From Candidatus Levybacteria bacterium RIFCSPHIGHO2_02_FULL_40_18 (GTDB taxonomy: Bacteria > Patescibacteriota > Microgenomatia > Levybacterales > GWA1-39-11), in assembly GCA_001782235.1 (NCBI GenBank), contig MFOC01000007.1, forward strand, positions 86,799-150,798: 64,000 nt of DNA. The letters run 5' to 3'. Shown here piece after piece: positions 1-8,267 of the stretch. Within the stretch, counting starts at the first letter, position 1. The number at the start of each line of letters is the position of its first letter. The notes below the pieces were generated by a model. It ran no database searches, had not been told where the DNA came from, and saw only the letters and a list, made by a program, of their open reading frames with translations. A program made the position numbers and the translations under genes.

Positions 1-1501
1 AAACCATCTTTCGGCCCAATTCTATAACTATCTTCTCCTCTCGCATCCTGCTGGAAAACGCGCTCTCAAATATTTAATAGACGAAAGAAAATTGTCCATT
101 CCTTTGATCAAAACTTTCAATTTAGGATATGCACCCGAAAAAGACGCGCTTGTTAGGTATCTGATCGGTAAAAAGAAATACAAAGAAGACGATTTGCTCG
201 TGTCTGGATTAGCGTATCGCACGGGCCGGAATGCCTCCGGCCCTGGAGGGCCTCCGGCCCGGGGGGTTTCGGATTTCTTCCGCGATCGAATTATCTTCCC
301 AATAATTGATCAGAGAGGGAATATAATAGCCTTCTCCGGTAGGTTGCTCGAACCTACCGGCCCTGAGCTTGTCGAACGGGCAGGTGGGAAATACGTTAAT
401 ACCCGTGAAACCCCGGTTTATATTAAAGGCGACACTGTCTATGGATTGAATTTAGCGCGCGACGGGATAAAAAAAGAAGGAAAAGTAATTATTGTTGAAG
501 GGGAATTTGATGTTATAACTGCGCATAAGCAAGGCATTCCAAATATTGTTGCGGTAAAAGGGACCGCACTGACAGAAAATCAGATTAAGCTTCTTAAAAG
601 ATTTGCTCCCAAATTCGCCCTTTGCTTTGATACAGACCCTGCGGGAACCGAGGCACAGAGAAGATCAATTAAAATGATTGAGCGAGAAGGCATTACGGCA
701 ACTGTTATCAGTCTCCAGGGGACTCGTGGTGAGTCTGTCAAACCAAAAGACCCGGACGAACTACTAAATGAAAATCCGATTGCATTTAAAAAGGCGCTTG
801 TAAACGATATTAATATTTATGATTTTATAATTGATACGGCGCTTGGCGAATCGGACTCAAAAACCGCTGAGGGCAAAAAGAGAATACTTGATAGAACCCT
901 TCCTTATTTATCGAATATAGAAAATGATGTGATAAAAGAACACTATCTTAAGAAACTAGCAAATGCCATTGACGCAACTTTGGAAGCAATAATGAAACAG
1001 GCTGATAAAGCTGTGAGGCCTCGATCCGAGACTCCCAAAGCTTCCCCTCGCACGCAGCTGCCGCGCGAGGAACTCGCAGAGATCTATCTTATTTCTTTGA
1101 TTTTCCAATCGGAAAATCCTAAGCAATCTTTAAATTTTGCAAGAACGCTATTGTCAGGGGTCAAACTTTCAACGCCATCAATAGAGAAGCTTCTTTCTTT
1201 TCTTGACACCTATGCTCAAACAGGTGACTTTAATGCGCAAGATTTCTCAAAGTATTTGCCGCACGAATTGCATCTGCCTTTTGATACTTCTTATCTTGCG
1301 TCTATTCCAGAGTTTTTGGACAAAGACCATTTTTATCGCGAACTTGAAAAAGCGGCAAAACAAGTAAGAATTTTGGCAATTAAAAAAACACTTTCAAAAT
1401 TAACAACGCTTATTTCCCAAGCAGAGCAGGAACAGAATAAGGAAAATCTAAAAACTTATCAGGAAAAATTCTCAGAACTCTCAAAACTCCTAGCATCTTG
1501 A
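1..1501 (+). CDS. dnaG: DNA primase DnaG (N-terminus lies upstream of the window)
   Basis: Frame of ORF 92..1501 stays open back to nt 2 (..AQFYNYLLLSHPAGKRALKYLIDERKLS..); primase core FRDRIIFPIIDQRGNIIAFSGR; TOPRIM IIVEGEFDVITAHKQGIPNIVAVKGTAL. Confidence 0.9.
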   Translation, partial: NHLSAQFYNYLLLSHPAGKRALKYLIDERKLSIPLIKTFNLGYAPEKDALVRYLIGKKKYKEDDLLVSGLAYRTGRNASGPGGPPARGVSDFFRDRIIFPIIDQRGNIIAFSGRLLEPTGPELVERAGGKYVNTRETPVYIKGDTVYGLNLARDGIKKEGKVIIVEGEFDVITAHKQGIPNIVAVKGTALTENQIKLLKRFAPKFALCFDTDPAGTEAQRRSIKMIEREGITATVISLQGTRGESVKPKDPDELLNENPIAFKKALVNDINIYDFIIDTALGESDSKTAEGKKRILDRTLPYLSNIENDVIKEHYLKKLANAIDATLEAIMKQADKAVRPRSETPKASPRTQLPREELAEIYLISLIFQSENPKQSLNFARTLLSGVKLSTPSIEKLLSFLDTYAQTGDFNAQDFSKYLPHELHLPFDTSYLASIPEFLDKDHFYRELEKAAKQVRILAIKKTLSKLTTLISQAEQEQNKENLKTYQEKFSELSKLLAS

Positions 1502-1513
1502 AGGGTATCACGG

Positions 1514-1565
1514 GGTGACGCGAAGCAACTTTCAACGTGCGGAAACTGCGGAGCGGCAGGATCCC
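1514..1565 (+). promoter_or_regulatory. GC-rich element upstream of rpoD, homologous to the element upstream of smpB
   Basis: GGTGACGCGAAG..ACTTTCAACGTGCGGAAA..AGCGGCAGGATCC; the same blocks occur reverse-complemented at 49326-49372 and 49505-49516; followed by TTGCGT(1573-1578)-17-TAAAAT(1596-1601), 8 nt before the rpoD ATG. Confidence 0.4.
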
Positions 1566-1609
1566 ATGTGGCTTGCGTTCAGGCAGGCTTGAGAGTAAAA
1601 TAATCTCAC

Positions 1610-2716
1610 ATGATAAAAGTTGTAAAATCTAAAAAAATAAAAGTGGCCGGCTCAAAAACTGAAGAAGTGATTGCGATGGCCAAAAAACGCGGCTATATTT
1701 CTCAGGATGAAATTTTGGCCGCATTTCCAAAACCAGAGGATCACATATTAGAGCTTGATCTTCTTTACGATCAGCTACTAAAAAAGGGTGTTGATATATT
1801 TGAGACGGTTGAGGAGGAGAAGGAATCGCAAAAATCAATTGAAGATTTAGAAAGAGAACTTGAGGCCCTCAATATTATTCAAGGCGGTGCAGTAACAGAT
1901 CCTGTAAGGATGTACCTCAAGGAAATAGGCCGCATTCCGCTATTAACTTTTCCTGAAGAGGTGGATCTTGCAAAAAGAATTGAGAAAGGAGATCAAAAAG
2001 CTCGCAAGAAACTAGTCGAATCTAATCTTCGATTGGTAGTTTCAATCGCCAAAAAATATGTAGGGCGTGGAATGACGCTCCTTGATTTAATTCAAGAAGG
2101 CAACCAAGGATTAATTCGCGCGGTTGAAAAGTATGACTGGAAAAAAGGATTTAAGTTCTCGACCTATGCTACTTGGTGGATTCGCCAGGCTATAACCCGG
2201 GCAATTGCCGATCAAGCCAGAACAATTAGAATTCCTGTTCACATGGTTGAAAACATCAATCGCTTTATGAGAGTTCAAAGAAAACTCATGCAGGAATTGG
2301 GGCGCCAGCCAACGCCTGAGGAGATCTCGGAAATTTTGGAAATCGAACCCGATAAGGCTCGTGAAATTATCAAAATTTCCCAACAGCCGGCATCTTTGGA
2401 TACGCCGGTTGGGGATGAGGAGGACTCATATCTTGGCGATTTTATATACGATATCACGGCGCCAACTTTGTTTGATACTGCCGGCAGAACCATGCTTAAA
2501 GACCAACTACATCAAGTTTTGACGACTTTATCGGATCGTGAGAAAAGGGTGCTTGAAGAAAGGTTTGGTCTCCGCGACGGGAAACCAAAAACACTTGAAG
2601 AAGTAGGCCGCATGTTTGCGGTAACCCGCGAAAGAATCCGCCAAATCGAAGCCAAAGCATTAAGAAAACTCCGCCACCCCTCACGAGGCAACAAACTCCG
2701 CGATTATTTAGAATGA
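1610..2716 (+). CDS. rpoD: RNA polymerase primary sigma factor (sigma-70)
   Basis: Region 2 [30 protein letters not shown]; region 4 [29 protein letters not shown]; follows dnaG as in the classical operon. Confidence 0.95.
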   Translation: MIKVVKSKKIKVAGSKTEEVIAMAKKRGYISQDEILAAFPKPEDHILELDLLYDQLLKKGVDIFETVEEEKESQKSIEDLERELEALNIIQGGAVTDPVRMYLKEIGRIPLLTFPEEVDLAKRIEKGDQKARKKLVESNLRLVVSIAKKYVGRGMTLLDLIQEGNQGLIRAVEKYDWKKGFKFSTYATWWIRQAITRAIADQARTIRIPVHMVENINRFMRVQRKLMQELGRQPTPEEISEILEIEPDKAREIIKISQQPASLDTPVGDEEDSYLGDFIYDITAPTLFDTAGRTMLKDQLHQVLTTLSDREKRVLEERFGLRDGKPKTLEEVGRMFAVTRERIRQIEAKALRKLRHPSRGNKLRDYLE

Positions 2717-2943
2717 ACCCTCCCCTTACTCCCTCTGTACGTAACGTCGCAGAAGTATTAAGTGGACTAGAGGGAAAAGAGGGATTAGAGGCAAGTGTAA
2801 ACTACATGATTGATCTCCTAACGCGCAGCGGCTATTTGCTTGATCGTCAGATGAACGCGGTTGAGGAAAAACATAGACGTGAAGGTGGATACAATGAAAA
2901 ATTACTCAAAAAGCGTTTAGATTATAAAAATTCTAGACACTAG
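2713..2943 (+). CDS. Small protein with a four-helix-bundle 'suffix domain'-like C-terminus (possible remnant of a 23S-IVS-family gene)
   Basis: ATGA overlap with the rpoD stop; ..[42 protein letters not shown] resembles the YLLdrQ..le..f..eGG..Erl..R tail seen after four-helix-bundle proteins; recognition by memory only. Confidence 0.35.
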   Translation: MNPPLTPSVRNVAEVLSGLEGKEGLEASVNYMIDLLTRSGYLLDRQMNAVEEKHRREGGYNEKLLKKRLDYKNSRH

Positions 2944-2946
2944 TCG

Positions 2947-2986
2947 GGTTGGGAGCATGATATAACAAATGTGGCTGATTTACAAG
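2947..2986 (-). promoter_or_regulatory. Copy 1 of a conserved 40-nt promoter-like motif (orphan, points antisense into the rpoD 3' region)
   Basis: Minus strand CTTGTAAATCAGCCACATTTGTTATATCATGCTCCCAACC = TTGTAA-17-TATCAT + GCTCCCAAC; 37/40 identical to 4295-4334. Confidence 0.35.
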
Positions 2987-3004
2987 CGAAGTTTGCTTTC
3001 TGGG

Positions 3005-3628
3005 TTAGTCATTTGTCTTTGCAATTACCCTTACCGGAGCAGCGTCAGCTTGGAATTTTGCAGGAAGAGCTATCACTTCAAACTCCCCGGCATTTAATAA
3101 CTGATCAAGATTTGTTAAGTTTTCAAGAATGGTAATGTTATGTCCCAGCAGGATTTTATGAGTAAGCCAGGGCTTATCATAATCCGGCCCGAGCATATCC
3201 ATTCCAACCATTTTTACTTCTAACTCACCCATTCTCGTTGCAAAATCTTCTTTGAGTTCTGGGTAATCCTTAAAGTAATCGCTTGTTCGGTATTTGCTTC
3301 CAAAGCCTGTGAATAAAAGAACTACTGATCCCTTCTCAATTTCAATACCTTCTAATACTGACTCATCAATATTCATTTTCCCCCTAACATCAATTAGCAC
3401 GCCTTTGCCAAAAAAACGCTCTGGGGATATTTCGTCCATTTTCTTACCGCCTTCAATCATATGCAAAGGTGCGTCCATATGCGTCCCTACGTGCATTACG
3501 GAGGTAATTTTATGGTCGTTAAAGGTATCCTTCTCGATATGTGCGACTTGTTCAAGAGTTGCTTTGGGGTCTCCCGGATAAACCGGCATATCAGATGTGA
3601 ATGTGTGTGTAAGATCAATATACTTCAT
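3005..3628 (-). CDS. Cyclase-family protein (kynurenine formamidase-like)
   Basis: 207 aa; metal motif HVGTHMDAPLHM typical of the putative cyclase / arylformamidase family. Confidence 0.7.
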   Translation of the reverse strand: MKYIDLTHTFTSDMPVYPGDPKATLEQVAHIEKDTFNDHKITSVMHVGTHMDAPLHMIEGGKKMDEISPERFFGKGVLIDVRGKMNIDESVLEGIEIEKGSVVLLFTGFGSKYRTSDYFKDYPELKEDFATRMGELEVKMVGMDMLGPDYDKPWLTHKILLGHNITILENLTNLDQLLNAGEFEVIALPAKFQADAAPVRVIAKTND

Positions 3629-3662
3629 GGGGTAATTATATCAAAAGCAATTTATTTATAAG

Positions 3663-3971
3663 CTATAAGCTAATTTTCATTTTGCCTTCGGTGTAATTGT
3701 TAATAAGTAAATTTATGAGGGTTTGATATGGAATTTTGTTTCTCGCTGCTTTTGCTTTAAGTCTTATCAAGTCCTTTTTCTTAATTCTCAAAGTTATACT
3801 TTTACTATTTTCGAGATCAATGTGGCGTCTGGCTGCCTCTTCAAACATCTTTTTATTTTCCGCAAAATTCGGATCACTTACAAATTCGCCCCTTTCCAAA
3901 GCGTCTTCTATATCTTGCTCGTACTCATCAAGTACTAAATTTTCGAATGGATCAAATTTTTTCTTTTTCAT
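3663..3971 (-). CDS. BrnA-like (CopG/RHH) antitoxin
   Basis: 102 aa; LDEYEQDIEDALERGEF.. then C-terminal ..ITLRIKKKDLIRLKAKAARNKIPYQTLINLLI ribbon-helix-helix; 20-nt overlap with the upstream toxin ORF. Confidence 0.6.
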   Translation of the reverse strand: MKKKKFDPFENLVLDEYEQDIEDALERGEFVSDPNFAENKKMFEEAARRHIDLENSKSITLRIKKKDLIRLKAKAARNKIPYQTLINLLINNYTEGKMKISL

Positions 3972-4257
3972 AAGTTTTTAAATATTTCTTTGTAAGTTTT
4001 CTGCTCGGATAGAGCGTTTTTAAAAATAACACCTGTCTTTTGCGATCGATAATATATGGCACTACGTATAAATATGTTTTTATCTTTACAACAAGCAATT
4101 TTTGCCCGCGATATTTCTTTTGATTTGGATTCTTCTTATCTTCAATTAAATTCCCAGACTTAATTGCTTGTATGATATCTTCAAAATCAACACCTCTTAT
4201 TTGTCTTAAAATTTGATTCTTTTCGACAGAGAAATCAAATTTATACTTCACTGACAT
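3952..4257 (-). CDS. BrnT-like (DUF497-type) toxin
   Basis: 101 aa; FDFSVEKNQILRQIRGVDFEDI.. and C-terminal ..LKTLYPSRKLTKKY pattern; operonic with and overlapping the antitoxin. Confidence 0.5.
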   Translation of the reverse strand: MSVKYKFDFSVEKNQILRQIRGVDFEDIIQAIKSGNLIEDKKNPNQKKYRGQKLLVVKIKTYLYVVPYIIDRKRQVLFLKTLYPSRKLTKKYLKTYEKEKI

Positions 4258-4294
4258 ATTATACTACTTGTACATACTTTGTCAATACAATTTA

Positions 4295-4334
4295 GGTTGG
4301 GAGCATGATATAACAATTGAGGCTGATTTGCAAG
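4295..4334 (-). promoter_or_regulatory. Copy 2 of the 40-nt promoter-like motif, upstream of the BrnT/BrnA operon
   Basis: Minus strand CTTGCAAATCAGCCTCAATTGTTATATCATGCTCCCAACC: TTGCAA-17-TATCAT, about 40 nt upstream of the toxin ATG (4257). Confidence 0.5.
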
Positions 4335-4335
4335 G

Positions 4336-4665
4336 TTATTGTTTTTCTGCTTCTTCTTGAGGAACTATTTCTGCTTCATCAAGACCAAATGTCAAAGAAG
4401 GCATACCCTCGGGCAGCGCAAGCCTAAACCATCCAGCAGCGACAGGAGAACTTTGCTCTAGGGCGTCAAGCGCTTCTTTTGTAGGGACAAGATATCCTCC
4501 TCTATTTTGAATTGGCCGACCAGAAACAAAATCAACTTCATTTATCCTAGGTGGCATTTTATAAGCTGAGAACTCTAATCCTACCCATGCATTCCTTACA
4601 TCTTCGGGGGCTGGTCCTTCAGGAGTTTTTGTAATTCTTATTCTAAATTGTTCGGGATTCGCCAT
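4336..4665 (-). CDS. Hypothetical protein (109 aa)
   Basis: Clean ORF with its own promoter copy; no family recognised. Confidence 0.5.
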   Translation of the reverse strand: MANPEQFRIRITKTPEGPAPEDVRNAWVGLEFSAYKMPPRINEVDFVSGRPIQNRGGYLVPTKEALDALEQSSPVAAGWFRLALPEGMPSLTFGLDEAEIVPQEEAEKQ

Positions 4666-4702
4666 TTGGGAGCATGATACACCCGCAGTAATTGATTTTC
4701 AA
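4666..4702 (-). promoter_or_regulatory. Copy 3 of the TATCATGCTCCCAA motif; likely a leaderless promoter of 4336..4665
   Basis: Minus strand TTGAAA(4702-4697)-17-TATCAT(4679-4674)-GCTCCCAA-ATG(4665); only 8 nt between the -10 box and the start codon. Confidence 0.5.
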
Positions 4703-4703
4703 G

Positions 4704-5033
4704 TCAGAAGAGTTTTCCGCCAATGGGAACGTCTTTTTGGGGGACTACGAGGATTGCTTTCCCGTCCTCATCAGGAAAGCCAAGAGTTAGTGTTTCCGAA
4801 ACTTCCGAGCCCATCCGGAATAGAGGCAAATTAACAACTCCCGCCACTAACCTTCCTTCAAGTTCTTCCTTTTTATAATGTGTAAACTGACCAATTGATT
4901 GTTTAGCGCCAATTTCAGGCCCGAAATCTATTTTCATTTTGTAGGAAGGTTTGCGTGCTTCAGGATAATCCTCAACTTTAAGAATCTTGCCTACCCTGAT
5001 ATCAAGTTTGTGAAAATCATCAATTGTCGCCAT
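4704..5033 (-). CDS. csaA: tRNA-binding domain protein (CsaA/EMAP-II-like)
   Basis: 109 aa; FHKLDIRVGKILKVEDYPEARKPSYKMKIDFGPEIG..; typical CsaA length and OB-fold motif. Confidence 0.8.
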   Translation of the reverse strand: MATIDDFHKLDIRVGKILKVEDYPEARKPSYKMKIDFGPEIGAKQSIGQFTHYKKEELEGRLVAGVVNLPLFRMGSEVSETLTLGFPDEDGKAILVVPQKDVPIGGKLF

Positions 5034-5040
5034 TTGGCAA

Positions 5041-5220
5041 TTATAATTGCAAAAGCACTAATATAAACATTAGTGCAAGACCCAAAAAAAATACGCCCAT
5101 TATTCTTAATAACCATACGTAGATTCTTGATCTATATATTGCTAAAACCCATTTCGTAATCACTCCAATGATAGGAAAGTTCCCAAAATATTTTACTTGC
5201 ACTTTTGAGACCTCGACCAT
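5041..5220 (-). CDS. Small membrane protein, true start possibly upstream at a non-canonical codon
   Basis: My own translation (below the 60-aa track cut-off): MVEVSKVQVKYFGNFPIIGVITKWVLAIYRSRIYVWLLRIMGVFFLGLALMFILVLLQL. The frame stays open about 28 codons further up with a TM-like IPFIINILILTALGLSLLAKP but no ATG/GTG/TTG. Confidence 0.3.
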   Translation of the reverse strand: MVEVSKVQVKYFGNFPIIGVITKWVLAIYRSRIYVWLLRIMGVFFLGLALMFILVLLQL

Positions 5221-5403
5221 ATACCCTTGCCAAAATTTAGGTTTTGCTAGGAGGCTTAGACCTAAGGCGGTGAGAATCAGGATATTAATAATAAACGGAA
5301 TATATCTCGTATTAATTGTATTGTATCAAACTCTTTAGGATATTTTTCACGGACAGTTTTAAAAGGCCCCAATTCCCGGAATGTCGAGTGATTTTCCCAT
5401 GTA

Positions 5404-5607
5404 ATGACATTATCTCAAAACTTTTACGGATACGCCGAATTACAAACCGGCTTAACTACTGCTTTTGGGATGTGGCTTGGATTTGTGATGCCGGTCCAGA
5501 CAACAGCAACCATCTTTGGCGATAAAAAATGGGGGTTATTGGGAATTGATACAGGGTATCAACTGGTTTCGTTATTAGTGATGGCCGTTGTTATTGCCCT
5601 TTTGTAA
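5404..5607 (+). pseudogene. C-terminal half of a DUF1761-like membrane protein (truncated)
   Basis: GLTTAFGMWLGFVMPVQTTATIFGDKKWGLLGIDTGYQLVSLLVMAVVIALL resembles the C-terminus of ~130-aa DUF1761 proteins; in-frame TGA at 5389-5391 removes the N-terminal half. Confidence 0.35.
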
Positions 5608-5692
5608 CTTGATTGTCGATTATTTCTTGAAGTTTTGGGGGGATAGGCCGACAAGCACATTTTTGGGCATCACATTCTTGCGATGCCACTCT

Positions 5693-6067
5693 TCATTTAT
5701 CTTCATTGATGCGTCGGGATTTTAACAAGCCTACGGCGAGAGGGAGTATAAAAGTCAGACTGTAATAGAGATATATATCGAATTTGTAATATCCGTTTTC
5801 GGGATTAAATGCTTTAACAATAAAAAGATAGTCGCCGATTATAGCAACTAAGGTCCATGTAATTCCTATCAATAAATAATATTTTGGGGACGTGCTTTTA
5901 ATTTTTTTGATCAAAACAAAAAGAGTAATTGCTACGCCGATTGGCGTGACAAACCAGCCTATTTGCGAAGGCGGGACAAGAGTAAAAAGCATTATCCCAA
6001 GGCCGTAGCCGATCAACCAGAGTAAGAAACCCCATCCTAGTAAATCTATAAAGAGTTTTTTATTCAT
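5693..6067 (-). CDS. Integral membrane protein (4 predicted TM), unknown function
   Basis: 124 aa, four hydrophobic stretches. Confidence 0.55.
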   Translation of the reverse strand: MNKKLFIDLLGWGFLLWLIGYGLGIMLFTLVPPSQIGWFVTPIGVAITLFVLIKKIKSTSPKYYLLIGITWTLVAIIGDYLFIVKAFNPENGYYKFDIYLYYSLTFILPLAVGLLKSRRINEDK

Positions 6068-6078
6068 ATAAGCGCCAA

Positions 6079-6384
6079 CTATCTGACGGCTCCTGAAAAA
6101 AGCAAAACAAGAATAATTGCTGTAATTATAGCGAAAGCAGCTATTGTCTTAAGAGCAAGATCTAGGGCTTGCTTTTTCTTTCCATCAAAATAAAGCTGGA
6201 AAGGTTCATAACCAAAGACATATGCCATCACGGCAGCGGAAAGAGTAAAAAGAGATATAGCGGCAATTGGGCCAATAATGGAATCGACAGGACCGGAAAT
6301 TTTTGTCCCGTAAAACATGACCGACGCAACAACCGCAATATACAATATTGCGCCAATAGCATTCAAAAACGGATTTTTAGTCAC
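6079..6384 (-). CDS. Integral membrane protein (3 predicted TM), unknown function
   Basis: 101 aa, GTG start, hydrophobic throughout; immediately downstream of tRNA-Asn on the minus strand. Confidence 0.55.
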   Translation of the reverse strand: MTKNPFLNAIGAILYIAVVASVMFYGTKISGPVDSIIGPIAAISLFTLSAAVMAYVFGYEPFQLYFDGKKKQALDLALKTIAAFAIITAIILVLLFSGAVR

Positions 6385-6388
6385 GCTG

Positions 6389-6460
6389 CTCCTCCGGGAG
6401 GATTCGAACCTCCGACCAATCGCTTAACAGGCGAGTGCTCTACCACTGAGCTACAGAGGA
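6389..6460 (-). tRNA. tRNA-Asn (anticodon GTT)
   Basis: Hand-folded: TCCTCTG/CGGAGGA acceptor, GCTCAGTGGTAGAGC D-arm, CTGTTAA anticodon loop, GGAGGTTCGAATCCTCC T-arm; no encoded CCA. Confidence 0.9.
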
Positions 6461-6508
6461 ATGTATGTGAATTATATAAAATGAGCCTCTACTTGTAAAC
6501 TCCCCCGC

Positions 6509-6538
6509 TTGTCCTGAGTCATATCGAAGGACTATAAT
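6509..6538 (+). promoter_or_regulatory. Promoter of 6545..7201, probable leaderless transcript
   Basis: TTGTCC-18-TATAAT, with TATAAT ending 6 nt before the ATG and no SD sequence. Confidence 0.5.
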
Positions 6539-6544
6539 TGCCTC

Positions 6545-7201
6545 ATGAAGTTGCTTTTGACCTCATCAGGGAAGACGAACAAGTCTATAGAGAATGCGCT
6601 GTTGGAGCTTCTTGGGAAACCTTTTGAGAAGGCGAACTTAACTTTTATTCCGACTGCCGCAAACGTAGATGAGGGAAATAAAGCTTGGTTAGTCGACGAC
6701 ATGAATAACTTTAGGAAATTGAACTTTGCACTTTTCGACAGCATCGATATTTCTGCTGTACCAAAAGGAATTTGGCTTCCAAGTTTTAAAAAAGCAGATG
6801 TTTTGGTTTTTGGAGGAGGAGATACTTATTATCTTTTGAATTGGATAAAGAACTCCGGATTGGCAAAAATTCTTCCTGAATTATTAAAGACAAAAGTTTA
6901 TGTCGGAATAAGCGCAGGAAGCATGGTTACCGCCAAAAACATATCTCTTGCGACAGCTGGTATTTTATATTATGAAAAATATGGAAAATTTAAAGATAGA
7001 AAGGGTCTTTCTTTGGTTGATTTTGAAGTACGACCTCACTTAAACTCGGAATGGTTCCCAAAAGTAAGGCTGCCATATCTTAAAAAACTTGCAGAAAAGA
7101 TCCCATACAGTTTTTATGCCATTGATGACAACACCGCTATAAAAGTCGTGGACAATAAGGTTACAGTAATATCCGAAGGCGAATGGAAAAAGTTTAACTA
7201 G
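6545..7201 (+). CDS. Peptidase E-like, family S51 (class-I glutamine amidotransferase-like fold)
   Basis: MKLLLTSSG.., FIPTAA.., VLVFGGGDTYYLLNW.., nucleophile elbow VGISAGSMV. Confidence 0.75.
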   Translation: MKLLLTSSGKTNKSIENALLELLGKPFEKANLTFIPTAANVDEGNKAWLVDDMNNFRKLNFALFDSIDISAVPKGIWLPSFKKADVLVFGGGDTYYLLNWIKNSGLAKILPELLKTKVYVGISAGSMVTAKNISLATAGILYYEKYGKFKDRKGLSLVDFEVRPHLNSEWFPKVRLPYLKKLAEKIPYSFYAIDDNTAIKVVDNKVTVISEGEWKKFN

Positions 7202-7221
7202 GCCTCTGCTATAATTGCCGC

Positions 7222-7249
7222 TTGACAAAACCTCTATTTCTGTTACAAT
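7222..7249 (+). promoter_or_regulatory. Promoter of 7271..7810
   Basis: TTGACA-16-(TGt)TACAAT, extended -10; 21-nt leader without SD. Confidence 0.55.
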
Positions 7250-7270
7250 TTACGCATAGATTGTAACAAT

Positions 7271-7810
7271 ATGGATGCAAAAAGCCTTTTTACCGCACAG
7301 GAGCTTGAAGAGCTTTTGGGGAAAATGTACTTCTACAGACAGCGTATTTACAGAATGGCAGAGGACGGAAAAATATCCCCTTATCAAGTTGATGGCAAGT
7401 TTTATTTTTCAAAAGATGAGCTAATAATGGCAACCCTGAATCGATTATCCGCAAGGATAAGGCTAAGGTTCTCAAGGCTCGCCCCCTTTCTAAGGATAAG
7501 TTTTGATGAAAACAAAAATAAAGCCATAACTGTTTACGGATTCCCGGATAAAAGCATCATTACTGCAAATACTGAAAACGAAACAGAAGAAGAACTTTTA
7601 AAAAAAGTAGAAAACAAGGGGAGGGAGGTGAAAAACATGCCAGACATTCCTGTTGGACCAGGTAATCACGATCACGATCATCCACATCCACCTCACCACC
7701 CGCCACATCATCCGCCTCATGGGCATGATAATCCTCCACACGAAGAGATTTTGGAAGTTTTAAGACGGATAGAAGATAGGTTGGTAAGAATTGAGGAAAA
7801 ATTAGGATAG
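7271..7810 (+). CDS. Hypothetical protein: N-terminal excisionase-like HTH region, His/Pro-rich tract, C-terminal coiled coil
   Basis: ..FYRQRIYRMAEDGKISPYQVDGKFYFSKDEL.. ; GNHDHDHPHPPHHPPHHPPHGHDNPPH at aa ~130-155. Confidence 0.5.
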   Translation: MDAKSLFTAQELEELLGKMYFYRQRIYRMAEDGKISPYQVDGKFYFSKDELIMATLNRLSARIRLRFSRLAPFLRISFDENKNKAITVYGFPDKSIITANTENETEEELLKKVENKGREVKNMPDIPVGPGNHDHDHPHPPHHPPHHPPHGHDNPPHEEILEVLRRIEDRLVRIEEKLG

Positions 7811-7825
7811 GGTGGAAAATATATA

Positions 7826-7858
7826 GAATAGCAGTCGAGTCAAAATCGGCTGCTATTC
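7826..7858 (+). terminator. Strong hairpin after 7271..7810 (no U-tract)
   Basis: GAATAGCAGTCGA-GTCAAAA-TCGGCTGCTATTC, 13-bp stem with one G.U, 15 nt after the stop codon. Confidence 0.45.
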
Positions 7859-7999
7859 CACGTTGGCTCAGTTTGTACTAGTTTACTCCGTTTTGTCCTA
7901 GTTGACTTTTGAATCCATTTTTACTATTCTATTTTGTTTTCTTCAAAAACTTGAAATTTAGATTTGGGAAGACATAAAAGGGAAAGGGGGTGAAGAGTT

Positions 8000-8233
8000 A
8001 TGACACGCGGTAAGAGTATTACGAATAAGATAAGTTCCTCGCACGTAAGATTCGGAAGACGTACTTATTTCTTTGACGTTAATGAGAAAAACGACAGGAA
8101 ATATTTAAAGATCACTGAATCAAGATTCAACGGAGAAGGAAAAGATCGAACCTACAATTCTTTGGTTCTTTTTCCGGAAGATCTTGAAGGATTCCAACAG
8201 AATCTTTCTGAAGTTGCAGGTTATCTTGCCTAG
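8000..8233 (+). CDS. PUR-alpha-like nucleic-acid-binding protein (DUF3276)
   Basis: RFGRRTYFFDVNEKNDRKYLKITESRFNGEGKDRTYNSLVLFPEDLEGFQQNL; strong SD GGGGGTGA upstream. Confidence 0.7.
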   Translation: MTRGKSITNKISSSHVRFGRRTYFFDVNEKNDRKYLKITESRFNGEGKDRTYNSLVLFPEDLEGFQQNLSEVAGYLA

Positions 8234-8267
8234 AGTAAGATACGAGATGCCGGGCCCGGCAACAAGA

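Noticed and set aside
4258-4290. Consensus TTGACA-17-TATAAT directly abutting the BrnT-like ATG (4257) as the operon promoter
   Set aside because: The -10 box touches the start codon, so transcription would begin inside the ORF. The upstream TTGCAA-17-TATCAT (4295-4334) is the more plausible promoter, unless the annotated start is wrong.
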